Of a stretch of 64,000 bases of DNA, positions 8,413-18,110 are shown piece after piece. Numbering within the stretch: the stretch's first letter is position 1; every line of letters starts with the position of its first letter. Source of the stretch: Methanobacteriota archaeon (GTDB taxonomy: Archaea > Thermoplasmatota > Poseidoniia > Poseidoniales > Poseidoniaceae); assembly GCA_018662825.1 (NCBI GenBank), contig JABJFI010000095.1:1204-65203 (forward strand), given 5' to 3'. The position numbers and the translations under genes were made by a program. The notes beneath the pieces were generated by a model. The model saw nothing but the letters and a program-made list of their open reading frames with translations, was not told the DNA's origin and did not search any database.

Positions 8413-8532
8413 GGTATGCGCTAGCCCTCATCCTTTTCAAGTCCTCCCAAATGTGGAAGTTGGCTTTCATCTTCAAACTCATCTGATTAGAGTGAACCGC
8501 ACCTTGATGAAGAGGGACACCTACGCAAAGCC

Positions 8533-9609
8533 ATGAGCAAGAATTCTAAGTCCCCCTCCGAAAAAGAGGATTTAGAATGGTCGGAAGTGGCTAAACTTGG
8601 GCTACGCTATGCACGAATACCCTTGGCCTTACTCTGTGTAGAGGCATTTTACTGGTTTTTGACCCAACCCTCTGACACCTTGGCACCGTTACAAGTTACC
8701 GAGGCATGGTTGTGGAATGCAATGACTAATTTCTTGTATAGTGATGGTGAATATGTCGCTTCTTCCTTATCGATGCATAATGGTTGGATGACTAGAATTG
8801 ATTTTGTTCATGTTGACTTCCCAGGGAATTACGACACTGTTGGTTTGTATGTCTCTGATGAATGTGCAGGTGTCCATGAAATGATCTTCTTATCGACATT
8901 GGTAGTCATGACCGAGGGTGTCCCACAGAAACTAAAAATCCGTTCTATCATAGTGATGTGTAGTATTATCTATGTTCTCAATATCATGCGGCTGGTGATG
9001 TTTTTCCCGATTGCTGTCAATGACTGTACGGCAAATCCAAACCAAGCAGAATGTCTATCAGGTATGTGGAATTTTCATTCTGCGGTCTATGAATGGGGGT
9101 TCTTATTGGTACTCGTTACGATGTGGGTGGTTTGGTTTTGGAAGGTTGGAGGTCCTGCTCGGACACTTGATGCAAGTGCGGCCGGTGATGATAAATGGCG
9201 TTTGAAATTTAGAAATGTATGGGCCCCAAAGCAATATTATCTGCTTGCAGGTGCTGTCCTACTCCTAATCTTTGCAGCACATAATGTGACCTCAAATGAG
9301 GAAGCGATGGCGGCCAAAGAAACCCTTGATTTCTGCTATTTCTCAGAACTTGTGACCTCTGAGTGTGGACAAGCTCAGAATCGCTGGAATGATGCCATTG
9401 GTTATGCTTGGTCACTCTCCGCTCTCGGTCTTTTGATTCTTGGAACAACTTCTGTTGTCATACAGCGTCCAGATGAAAATGGGGATTGGCCGGAGAAACC
9501 AGAACGTCAAAAGCAAGTTGAATTGTCAGAAAGTACAGAACACACACCGACATCACGCCATTCAAAGAAAAAGTCTGGTTCTTGGAAAAAGAACAGTGAA
9601 GAAGAATGA
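8533..9609 (+). CDS. Exosortase/archaeosortase-family polytopic membrane protein (putative)
   Basis: Multi-TM. Pattern LYVSDECAGVHEMIFLSTL (Cys111), then YVLNIMRLVMFF (Arg153, 42 aa later), then NFHSAVYEWGF (His182). Resembles the Cys/Arg/His layout of exosortase/ArtA as I remember it. Confidence 0.5.
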   Translation: MSKNSKSPSEKEDLEWSEVAKLGLRYARIPLALLCVEAFYWFLTQPSDTLAPLQVTEAWLWNAMTNFLYSDGEYVASSLSMHNGWMTRIDFVHVDFPGNYDTVGLYVSDECAGVHEMIFLSTLVVMTEGVPQKLKIRSIIVMCSIIYVLNIMRLVMFFPIAVNDCTANPNQAECLSGMWNFHSAVYEWGFLLVLVTMWVVWFWKVGGPARTLDASAAGDDKWRLKFRNVWAPKQYYLLAGAVLLLIFAAHNVTSNEEAMAAKETLDFCYFSELVTSECGQAQNRWNDAIGYAWSLSALGLLILGTTSVVIQRPDENGDWPEKPERQKQVELSESTEHTPTSRHSKKKSGSWKKNSEEE

Positions 9610-11031
9610 TTACTCAAAGACGGTTCCAGTCACCCTTTGACCAGCCATCTCGTGCTTTTCTAGCGCCTTAATTGCGAGTCCGACCTTACTGGTGTGAATG
9701 CTAACGAAAGTCGAGCCGTCATCGAAATGAACATCTCCAATTGCCATTTCATCACATCGCAATGAACTTTGGAACCAATGTGCTACTGAACGAGGAGAAC
9801 CTGCCAATGAATGGTCGATATTTAGGTGAAGAGTGACGAAGCCAAAGACATCTGCAGTTTCTCCAAAGTCATCTTGTCGAGATACTGGGTCTCGGTCGAG
9901 CCCCTCTGGTAATTCAGGGGCCTCGGAATCGACAATATCTAATCCATAGGTTGCCATAATCTTGGAAAGTTGAGGTGCATCGTCTCGAGAAACTAAACTC
10001 CATGCTTCACCTTTGCGGCCAATTCGACCGGTTCGTCCAACTCGATGGATGAATGAATCCAAATCCACGGGTAAATCATAATTGACAACAAGCGTAATTC
10101 CATCGACGTCAATTCCTCTGGCTGCGACATCTGTAGCGACAATGGTTTTGACTTCTCCTTCCTTGAAGCGGTTGAGAATCTTTTCACGCTGATTTTGGCT
10201 CAAATCTCCATGCAATCCTTCGACAACAAATCGATGTTTATTCAATCTCTGAACTGCTAAATCTACCATGCGTTTGGTATTACAGAAAATAATAGTTTGG
10301 TCTTCATCACCCATACGACACATCAATCTTCCAAGTGCCCAAAGTTTGTTTGCACGGCCAATTTTGATGCTATACATATCAATTGGAGGGATATCTAATT
10401 CCTCTGTATTTGTCAGAACAAATTCAGGTTCATCCATGAACTCGTGGGCTGCATCAATTATTTCTTGGGGGAATGTTGCAGAAAAGAGTAGAGTTTGTTC
10501 TCGATGATTCATGCGTTCAATGACCCACATAATGTCTGGGAAGAAACCCATGTCAAGCATGCGGTCTGCTTCATCAAGACAAAACAAAGTTGGAACTTCG
10601 AGGTTGATATGCCCTCTATCGGTCATATCCATGACACGACCAGGTGTTCCGACGATGATGTCAACGCCACCACTGAGATTTTTGGCTTGCTTTTCTAAAT
10701 CAGTTCCACCATAGACGGTTTGAATCAAGAGGCCTGATTCACCTTGGAGTGTTTGAAACTCTTCGGCCACTTGGTTTGCTAACTCACGGGTTGGAGTAAG
10801 AATCAATGCTTGCAATTTTCCTGTCGGCTGACAGCGTTCAATAATTGGCAATCCAAAGGCTGCGGTTTTACCTGAACCTGTTCGAGCCTGTCCAATGACA
10901 TCACGACCAGCCCGAGCTATTGGAATTGTGTCTTTTTGAACCTGTGTTGCACATTCCCAGCCAATTTTTTCAAGGCTGTCAAGAATATTTTGGGGAAGGT
11001 CCCATGAGTCGAAGCGGGTATTGGTGAACAT
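9610..11031 (-). CDS. DEAD-box ATP-dependent RNA helicase with DbpA-like C-terminal RNA-binding domain
   Basis: Q-motif region ATQVQKDTIP, AQARTGSGKTAAF, PTRELA, DEAD (LDEADRM), SAT, ARGID, HRVGRTGR. ATG at 11031 (MFTNTRFDSW...) preferred over the track start. Confidence 0.88.
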   Translation of the reverse strand: MFTNTRFDSWDLPQNILDSLEKIGWECATQVQKDTIPIARAGRDVIGQARTGSGKTAAFGLPIIERCQPTGKLQALILTPTRELANQVAEEFQTLQGESGLLIQTVYGGTDLEKQAKNLSGGVDIIVGTPGRVMDMTDRGHINLEVPTLFCLDEADRMLDMGFFPDIMWVIERMNHREQTLLFSATFPQEIIDAAHEFMDEPEFVLTNTEELDIPPIDMYSIKIGRANKLWALGRLMCRMGDEDQTIIFCNTKRMVDLAVQRLNKHRFVVEGLHGDLSQNQREKILNRFKEGEVKTIVATDVAARGIDVDGITLVVNYDLPVDLDSFIHRVGRTGRIGRKGEAWSLVSRDDAPQLSKIMATYGLDIVDSEAPELPEGLDRDPVSRQDDFGETADVFGFVTLHLNIDHSLAGSPRSVAHWFQSSLRCDEMAIGDVHFDDGSTFVSIHTSKVGLAIKALEKHEMAGQRVTGTVFE

Positions 11032-11096
11032 ATGATCATCTCCGTCTCGGTGTTTCGAGTGGGTCGCCGAGACGGTGGCAACCCAATCGAGTGGAA

Positions 11097-11357
11097 TCAA
11101 AAGTTGTCGCGTTCAGCGATTTCTGCTTGGAGAATACCCATCCAATACTTACGTGCATTGTCTCGGGTAAGAGGCCTGCGCATCTGTCGAACATGTTCCA
11201 AAATGTATTGTCGGAACTTCAAAGATTTGTTTCGGTTGATTCCTTTAGGGGTGATTCCATCCCACAAGCGTTCGAATTGCTCAGCCTTATCATTGAATGC
11301 GTCATCCATTATATTCACCTTAAGCAATCGGCCCACTGACACACCCTTCTTAACCAT
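11097..11357 (-). CDS. Small hypothetical protein between the HEAT-repeat gene and the helicase
   Basis: ORF with an ATG at 11357 (MVKKGVSV...). The upstream part of the track ORF overlaps the HEAT gene. No motif recognised. Confidence 0.4.
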   Translation of the reverse strand: MVKKGVSVGRLLKVNIMDDAFNDKAEQFERLWDGITPKGINRNKSLKFRQYILEHVRQMRRPLTRDNARKYWMGILQAEIAERDNF

Positions 11358-11403
11358 ACCGACATGCTTAACGGAAAAACAAATGTGATAATTCAATGTG
11401 ATA

Positions 11404-12780
11404 TCAGAAATAATCATCATCATCATCGGCGTCTTCATCTTCAAAATCATCGTCATAGCCCATCAATTCATCTTGACTTACAGCACGATACACCGGCGCA
11501 GTAACGGGTTCAGTAGGCGTTGGTTCAGCAGGAATGTTAGGGGCGCCCTCTGCTGAAGGTGCTTTTTCCGCTGAAGATTGTTCGGTTTCTGTAGAGCGCA
11601 TCGGCTCCAATCCTACGCGGCGACCTTGCGCCTCTGCGACTTCTCTGTCTAGAGCCGGGACGGGCGCCGAAGGTGCTAATTGAGCATTTTTTTGTGCTTC
11701 AGTTCCATCCAATGATGCATCAAAGACCATCTCCTTGAGCGAGGCGATAATCTTCTCATTCGTTTCTTTAACAAGCAACTCTTCAGCCATGCTTCGTAGT
11801 ACTTCGTCTCCAAATAATCGCGGCAATAGGTCGATACATGCTGTGCGAACTTTGAGGTCTTTGGATGTAGTGCCACGAACGACAAGTTCACGGGCTCGGC
11901 CATGATCAGTATCCAGCACCTGAACCGCTTTTATCGCACTCAATCTTACTTCCGAATCGGAATCAACAAGCGCACGCTCTGCGAACATTGTCGCAATTCG
12001 AGATTCGCGACGAGCAAGTGCAGGGAGGTTCTTTGCAGCCACCCGTCGAACTTCGACTTCAGCATCGTTCAAAGACCATGATATCAAATCCCAGACTGCA
12101 GAATCGCCCTTTTTGATAATTTTCTTGAGTAGTGCTGTCGCTTTCTTGCGGAGTTGCATATCTTCCTCCAATAATAGAGAATCAACATGGTCCACGACCA
12201 CCTCGGGCCATGTTTCACACAATCCAGACAAACCAGCCCAAGCCGCATCACTACGGTTTCGCACTGGTGAGCGAAGTTCATTTGCCAAAATCGTAGAAAC
12301 ACCAGAAGGGAAAATCGGCGAGGTGAGGGTTAAGCAACGACTCGCGGCTTTTCGCACATTGATATCTTGGTCATCTAACAAGACTGAGAGCCAATCAAAT
12401 AGTTCATCTGATTTGAGAACAGCTACTTCGGGAAGAACTTCCAAAGAGGCGACACGTTCTGCAACCTCATCAGATTCCAATCCCTCAAGAAGCAGTGAAT
12501 GTGCTTGATGAACTCGCACACCATGGAAACGACCCAGTGCACGAATGGCATATGTGCGATCCAGATTGACATTCTGGTCTTTCCATCTAACCGAGGCAGT
12601 TGAAATTTCACCCTGTAGTAAAGAAAAGACTTCTTCATCAGAAAGAGCAACCCAAGGTCCTTTTTCCACCTTGATTTTCTTTGCTGACTTTCGGCGCTTT
12701 GCAACGGCTATTGGGAGACCAGTGCGTGGGTCTCGTGCTATGTATTCACGTGACAAATTTCTCTCCTCCATTGGGCGCAT
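11404..12780 (-). CDS. HEAT/PBS-lyase-like repeat protein with acidic C-terminal tail
   Basis: Repeated units of about 30 aa: D..VR..A...L (DQDINVRKAASRCL, DAEVEVRRVAAKNL, DSEVRLSAIKAV, SKDLKVRTACIDLL). Ends DDDFEDEDADDDDDYF. Confidence 0.65.
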   Translation of the reverse strand: MRPMEERNLSREYIARDPRTGLPIAVAKRRKSAKKIKVEKGPWVALSDEEVFSLLQGEISTASVRWKDQNVNLDRTYAIRALGRFHGVRVHQAHSLLLEGLESDEVAERVASLEVLPEVAVLKSDELFDWLSVLLDDQDINVRKAASRCLTLTSPIFPSGVSTILANELRSPVRNRSDAAWAGLSGLCETWPEVVVDHVDSLLLEEDMQLRKKATALLKKIIKKGDSAVWDLISWSLNDAEVEVRRVAAKNLPALARRESRIATMFAERALVDSDSEVRLSAIKAVQVLDTDHGRARELVVRGTTSKDLKVRTACIDLLPRLFGDEVLRSMAEELLVKETNEKIIASLKEMVFDASLDGTEAQKNAQLAPSAPVPALDREVAEAQGRRVGLEPMRSTETEQSSAEKAPSAEGAPNIPAEPTPTEPVTAPVYRAVSQDELMGYDDDFEDEDADDDDDYF

Positions 12781-12904
12781 ATCCCCTAAGTCAATGAATC
12801 TATGCTTGATTCACTCTCAGTTCAGACCCACTGTTATTGAACTCTTGTAATCTGTTCAAAGGGAAGAGGGTAAGTATATTCATGCGACGGCAGCACCAAG
12901 ATTC

Positions 12905-15900
12905 ATGGGCAGCGACAGATATGGCGAGATGCTTCCCGTAATGGCGATGATGCTGCTAATGCTTCTTACGCCATTACACTCTGTCATGACGGGTACAAGT
13001 GGCTCAACATTGCCAGATGAAATCGAAGTGTCACCAAGCCTTCACTTAGATGACCAATTTAATGAATCAGACGGTTTTACTCCGAGTAACATTACCATTG
13101 ATTCTGCAACAGGTGAGGCAATCTTAGACCATCCAATAATCAATTGGCAACCAATTACCAATACGGGGCTCATGTTTACCAGGACTGGCGCTTGTGCAGC
13201 CCATCTCCCTTCGAGCAATGAAGTCTTGCTGATGGGTGGTAGGGCAGACCCAAATCCGATGCAATCCGGAGATGAGGCCGAGACAAATTTTGTTGAAACA
13301 TTCGACCTAGTCAATTTGAGTTGGGGTCCAAGTGAGGAGAGCATGCCTTTCACACAAATGTACTTTGGTTGTGCCACTGTAGGTGACAAGGTCTACACAA
13401 TCGGTGATTATCATCCATTCAACACACCTGAGATTCGTTCTGAAGGACTCGTCCAGATATTTAATTCTAGTAATGATACATGGATTGAAGGTACATCAAT
13501 GCCGAGTGGGAAGGCCGTTGGTTTAGCAGGAGTCGACAATGTTGGGAATTTCATTTATGTCGCAGGGGGTGTGAGCCGCAAAGACAGGTCGGATACAACT
13601 GACAGACTCATGCGATACAATACAAATACCGACACCTGGGATGAAATGGCAAATATGAGTGTATCTCGTCATTCTTTTGAACTGGTGGAATATCATGGCA
13701 AATTGTATGCACTTGGTGGAATAGAAACCTACTTTGACCCGACAATAAATCAAAATGTTTCCGAGCCATCCAACCACACGGAAGTGTATGATGTTCTCAC
13801 CGACACATGGGCTAATCATTCCGTATTACCCTTCGAAATTGCAGCCTATGCAGCTACAGTTCACAACGATGAAATTATTATTTCCGGGGGTATTACAGGA
13901 ACTGGATGGAATTCATTTTCAAAGGATGTTTATGGCTACAATCCACTTACTGGAGCGATGAGTGAGCATTCCCAACTCCCGGTAAATATGTATGACCATA
14001 CAATAACTGGCACAAATGGTACTATCCTCTATGCGTCTGGCGATTCATCTTCGTTCCGATTCTCGACTTGGAGTAACAATTACCTCGACCAATCGGAGTA
14101 TTTTGAAAATCCTGACGAACATGATGGTTGGCTCACCTCTGATATCCTCGACCTTCGCAAAACTGTTAGAGGCACCTGCTCACCGGTATGGCTGGAATTA
14201 TCGGGACAAACTCCACTAGATACTCAACTTAATTTGCAATATAAAATTGGAGTAGACTCAAGCCTACTCGAAACATCGAATTGGCTCCCTGTCGGACCAC
14301 AAAACACCTCACAATATTTCCATGTTGGAAATCATTCATTAGTGCTTTTTGGACTGGAAAATTCCTTCTTCCAATATCGAGTACAATTCAATACTACTGA
14401 ACTAAACAATTGGGAAATACCCAGTTTAGATCATGTCAAGATTTATTCTGAAGAAGCAACTTTACTCAGTCTACCACCTGTTTCGCTCCATCCAAATGCT
14501 GCTCCTATAGAATTGACATCATTCCATTCTGCATATGGAGCGAACTCAAACTACTCGTTTTTGTTACATTCAACCAATAGTGATGGTTTCATCTTGTTAA
14601 ACAGCAATGCTGCTAAAATTGTATGGGATGTCGATACTGACACATTTTCAATTGACGATGTCGATGGAATCTTGAAGCAGAATGAAATCTCTGTTCAAAA
14701 AGTATCTTCAACACCAGATGGTGACGAAATTAATTGGACTATCTCAGTTGAGGAAGGCCTTCCAAGCGACTACTTTGCTATAGAAATAATAACCAACGGA
14801 CTCCATGAAACCAGTTACAGGAGCCCAGCAATTATCTCGATTGAAAATATCCTCGATGTTCACGTTATAGATTATTCTTCATCCTATTCCAGCCAAGGTG
14901 GATTCGAAGTATCAACTGGCGAGGTTTTTCCAGATGGTGCAGAAATCGATGTCACAATAGACCACAGTTTCAATTCAACCGCAACACGCCTCCTCTATGG
15001 GACCATCGAAGCACGACTGCACGTTGATGTGGAAAGTCCTAACTTTGGATGGTTCAACTCGACTGGCGAGTGGTTTACACTACAAACTGGCCTTGAAACT
15101 GAGACCAGTTATATTCTTCCAAATGCCAGTTCTGGCGAGGCTCGAATTTGGCTAGAAGCACGAACTCAAGATGACTTTGTACTCAATGTCATCCCCTCAT
15201 CCAAGGAATTTATTCTCAATGTTGATGCCCCACTTCAAACGATGGTGTCTCCCACATCCGGCTCATATATCAATGAAAATCCAGAGCGAAATGTCGAATT
15301 TGAATTCTATGATATTGGTGGTTTTAGTGAGGATACAGTTCAAGGCTTTGTCTGGGTTGAAGCATTGCATGACAGTAATTCAGATGGCCAATTTTCTTTT
15401 GCTGAATCCGTTCAATATCCTCTCGGCTTCACAAATATCGGCCTATATTGGGTGCTCAACTTGACGGTTAATGATACGGCAAATTTCGACCACCAAATGG
15501 TCCACATAACTCTTGAAGGGGAAAATTTGGCCGGGAAAAATATTCGTGATGCCCTACTTACTCCTGATAATGGATACATTTCATGGATGAGTCGTACACC
15601 TGAAAAGGCAAATCTTTCTCTAATCGAGCCATTGTTTGAAACTATGGAAAACGGATTGCAGCGTCTCGAGCCAACTGGAGATATTGGATGGAAAGTAGTC
15701 GTAAGTGACAGTAATAATCTTTCAGATATATCCCATGTCCGAATTGAACTTGGAAATGACGAAACACTTGGTATGCGATACAATAAGAATTTGGATACCT
15801 GTGAGGAAATGGATGCCAGAATTCGAGTGGCAGCATTGTGTTATGCAGTTATTGAAAACAATAATTTGACCATATATTTTGTCGGGAAAGTGGACTGGAC

Positions 15901-17485
15901 TTTTGTAAATTCTGCTCTTGATGTGGGCCATCTTGAAGTTCAAATTGACGACTATGATGGAACCAATATCTTTACTCTAGAAGAGCAATGGTCTCTAGAG
16001 CGCCAGATTGCAGTTGACATTGAACTACTTCGAGATTCTGAAGGGCCAGTTCAAGGTGAACTCGTTGCAGGATGGAGTATGATTTCTGGGGAGCATGTTC
16101 AACTGAATGCCACTGTTAATCATCTTGTAAGTAATTCGTCTTACAACGGCTTTGTATCCGTATTTTGGCGTGGAAAAATACAGAATGATTTCTTTTCCAG
16201 TAGTTATTCCGCAGAAGTTATTGATGGGAAATTATCAACACAAATACAAACACCGATGGGCTCAGGTCTTTGGCATCAAACAGTCCTCGAAATATGGGAC
16301 CCTTATGATTCTGAAAAATTGTTTTCAACCACTTTGCCAAGCATGTATTTGGATGGCGAGGCTCCTCTTCTCCTCCCATCAACATTGACAAGTGGTGTGT
16401 CACGTTACCATTTGGATAGTGTCGAAATAGGAGTAAATATTGCTGAAGCGAATTCGTGGACTGAGAACCTTACGCTCAACTGTCAGATCCAGGCACTTGA
16501 TTTTGATTGGCCAATCATCACACTTAGCCGTGAATCTTCAACAATTTATGATGGAAAGACCATGTTCAGTTTCACCTATAATTTTGCCGAACAAGGCGAC
16601 CCTTCGACGCTCTCTACACAATCCAACATCGCATGTTGGGGTAGCGGTAGTGACGATGCAGGTTGGGAACTCACATCAACCGATGGAAACTCTCCCAATG
16701 ACCCTTGGCTCATCTCTTCCCTCAGTAATATTGGGCCCGATTTAGCCATTAGTTCTGTTGAATTTGAGGGTGATACCAGCCCGGGTTCTAAATTACGTTT
16801 GGAAATGAAAATTCTTAGTTCTGGTGAACGAATTGAAGTGCCGTTCAACATCACCATTAGCATCGTCCAAGGTGAAACATCAACAATTGTTGGGCGTGAA
16901 TCTTTGCCAAGTATAACTGAAAATACAGCAGTATATATCCGCAGCGCTATTACCGTACCAAATGGCGACTGGACATTATTCATCGAAGTTGACCCTGAGC
17001 AAGAAATATGGGAACTCAGTGAAATTAACAATCTGTGGTCGGTAAATTATTCCGCACAAAGTGAGGGATTATCTGGAACAGTGATAGCAATTTCAGCTGG
17101 TGGAGGATTTCTACTCGTTGTTGGAATCTCAGTTGTATTGCTCCGGAAAAGAAAAGACGATATCTTAGTTGAGGATGAAATTCCTGCCAAGAAACCGCTC
17201 AAGGGCCCACCACTTCGTAAGGATGAAGCAAAGGAGGTACCAGCCAATCTCAAAGGACCTCCACCAAAAAGTCCTGAGCCTGCACCTGAAACGGTAATTT
17301 CACCGGTAGCGGAAATGGTTGTTGCTACTCCTGCAACTCCAGTGGTTGGTGACTCGGTTACTGATTATTCTCAACTCCCCGGTGGTGGAGAATACCAATA
17401 TGAGGGTAGTCAAACATTCTACGCCGGCGTATCGTGTGGAAAGTGGATGCAAAATCCCGATCAATCCTTCACACGACTAGAATAA
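12905..17485 (+). CDS. Giant (1526 aa) surface protein: signal peptide, Kelch-like beta-propeller repeats, long Ig/beta-sandwich region, CARDB-like domain, TM anchor, about 125-aa Pro-rich cytoplasmic tail
   Basis: MLPVMAMMLLMLLTPLHSV signal. Kelch-type repeats (GCATVGDKVYTIGD, VGNFIYVAGG, YHGKLYALGG, HNDEIIISGG). CARDB-like GPDLAISSVEFEGD...ELSEINNLW. TM GTVIAISAGGGFLLVVGISVVLL plus RKRK. Confidence 0.75.
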   Translation: MGSDRYGEMLPVMAMMLLMLLTPLHSVMTGTSGSTLPDEIEVSPSLHLDDQFNESDGFTPSNITIDSATGEAILDHPIINWQPITNTGLMFTRTGACAAHLPSSNEVLLMGGRADPNPMQSGDEAETNFVETFDLVNLSWGPSEESMPFTQMYFGCATVGDKVYTIGDYHPFNTPEIRSEGLVQIFNSSNDTWIEGTSMPSGKAVGLAGVDNVGNFIYVAGGVSRKDRSDTTDRLMRYNTNTDTWDEMANMSVSRHSFELVEYHGKLYALGGIETYFDPTINQNVSEPSNHTEVYDVLTDTWANHSVLPFEIAAYAATVHNDEIIISGGITGTGWNSFSKDVYGYNPLTGAMSEHSQLPVNMYDHTITGTNGTILYASGDSSSFRFSTWSNNYLDQSEYFENPDEHDGWLTSDILDLRKTVRGTCSPVWLELSGQTPLDTQLNLQYKIGVDSSLLETSNWLPVGPQNTSQYFHVGNHSLVLFGLENSFFQYRVQFNTTELNNWEIPSLDHVKIYSEEATLLSLPPVSLHPNAAPIELTSFHSAYGANSNYSFLLHSTNSDGFILLNSNAAKIVWDVDTDTFSIDDVDGILKQNEISVQKVSSTPDGDEINWTISVEEGLPSDYFAIEIITNGLHETSYRSPAIISIENILDVHVIDYSSSYSSQGGFEVSTGEVFPDGAEIDVTIDHSFNSTATRLLYGTIEARLHVDVESPNFGWFNSTGEWFTLQTGLETETSYILPNASSGEARIWLEARTQDDFVLNVIPSSKEFILNVDAPLQTMVSPTSGSYINENPERNVEFEFYDIGGFSEDTVQGFVWVEALHDSNSDGQFSFAESVQYPLGFTNIGLYWVLNLTVNDTANFDHQMVHITLEGENLAGKNIRDALLTPDNGYISWMSRTPEKANLSLIEPLFETMENGLQRLEPTGDIGWKVVVSDSNNLSDISHVRIELGNDETLGMRYNKNLDTCEEMDARIRVAALCYAVIENNNLTIYFVGKVDWTFVNSALDVGHLEVQIDDYDGTNIFTLEEQWSLERQIAVDIELLRDSEGPVQGELVAGWSMISGEHVQLNATVNHLVSNSSYNGFVSVFWRGKIQNDFFSSSYSAEVIDGKLSTQIQTPMGSGLWHQTVLEIWDPYDSEKLFSTTLPSMYLDGEAPLLLPSTLTSGVSRYHLDSVEIGVNIAEANSWTENLTLNCQIQALDFDWPIITLSRESSTIYDGKTMFSFTYNFAEQGDPSTLSTQSNIACWGSGSDDAGWELTSTDGNSPNDPWLISSLSNIGPDLAISSVEFEGDTSPGSKLRLEMKILSSGERIEVPFNITISIVQGETSTIVGRESLPSITENTAVYIRSAITVPNGDWTLFIEVDPEQEIWELSEINNLWSVNYSAQSEGLSGTVIAISAGGGFLLVVGISVVLLRKRKDDILVEDEIPAKKPLKGPPLRKDEAKEVPANLKGPPPKSPEPAPETVISPVAEMVVATPATPVVGDSVTDYSQLPGGGEYQYEGSQTFYAGVSCGKWMQNPDQSFTRLE

Positions 17486-17528
17486 TTTCAATGCTTAACT
17501 TCTTGAAGTGGAAGGGAATGTTAACACT

Positions 17529-18110
17529 ATGGCGAGTGATGATATCGAAGATATTCGACGCGTTCTTGCTATCTGCTTTCGAAACGGTGGGACACTTGAT
17601 GCACTTGATATTGAACGAATACTTTCGTTTGACATGGAATGGGTAGCACCTGATGTTGCCGAGAAGGTGGTACAGGCTCTGATTGGCAAGGGTTGGCTGA
17701 CTGGTGAAGAAGATGCACTCGAACCTGCAGTTTCTCTCAAAGATGTACAATCTCCACTCGGTTGGTTTCCTCGGCCATCACGATTACTTCATCCCGCCCA
17801 TCCAGATGGGGGCCAAAATAAGCCAAGTTCTAGTGGAGAAAAGCCCGCAGTCGCGACACCACAACCTGCCACTAGCAAAGAATCTACGCTCCTAGTTTCG
17901 GATTCTAGTGACCCGCGGGCCAAACTTTCCCATCGCTTGTCAAAATTCATAGCAAAATCCTCGGAGTTATCGCTGGATGAAGTTGAAAGGCGAGCAAAGC
18001 GCAAACAAAGTGCATTGCAATATGTCAGTATTTGGATGTGCCTTGCGTTAGTTGCAAGGGAACAGAACCTTTCAATGAAGGAAATAATCGATGCATTAGC
18101 AGTTCGCTGA
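17529..18110 (+). CDS. Conserved archaeal hypothetical protein (DUF2240-like)
   Basis: LDALDIERILSFDMEWVAPDVAEKVVQALIGKGWLTGEEDALEP...VQSPLGWFPRP resembles my memory of the DUF2240 pattern (Sld..WfsPdqAk..v..a...GlL...l.p...vP.gF.P). First in-frame ATG at 17529. Confidence 0.45.
   Translation: MASDDIEDIRRVLAICFRNGGTLDALDIERILSFDMEWVAPDVAEKVVQALIGKGWLTGEEDALEPAVSLKDVQSPLGWFPRPSRLLHPAHPDGGQNKPSSSGEKPAVATPQPATSKESTLLVSDSSDPRAKLSHRLSKFIAKSSELSLDEVERRAKRKQSALQYVSIWMCLALVAREQNLSMKEIIDALAVR

Noticed and set aside
9607-9612. Back-to-back convergent stop codons (TGA then TTA) of the sortase-like gene and the DEAD helicase with zero spacer
   Set aside because: This reflects compact genome packing and has no further structural signal. 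Noted only because no terminator can fit between them.
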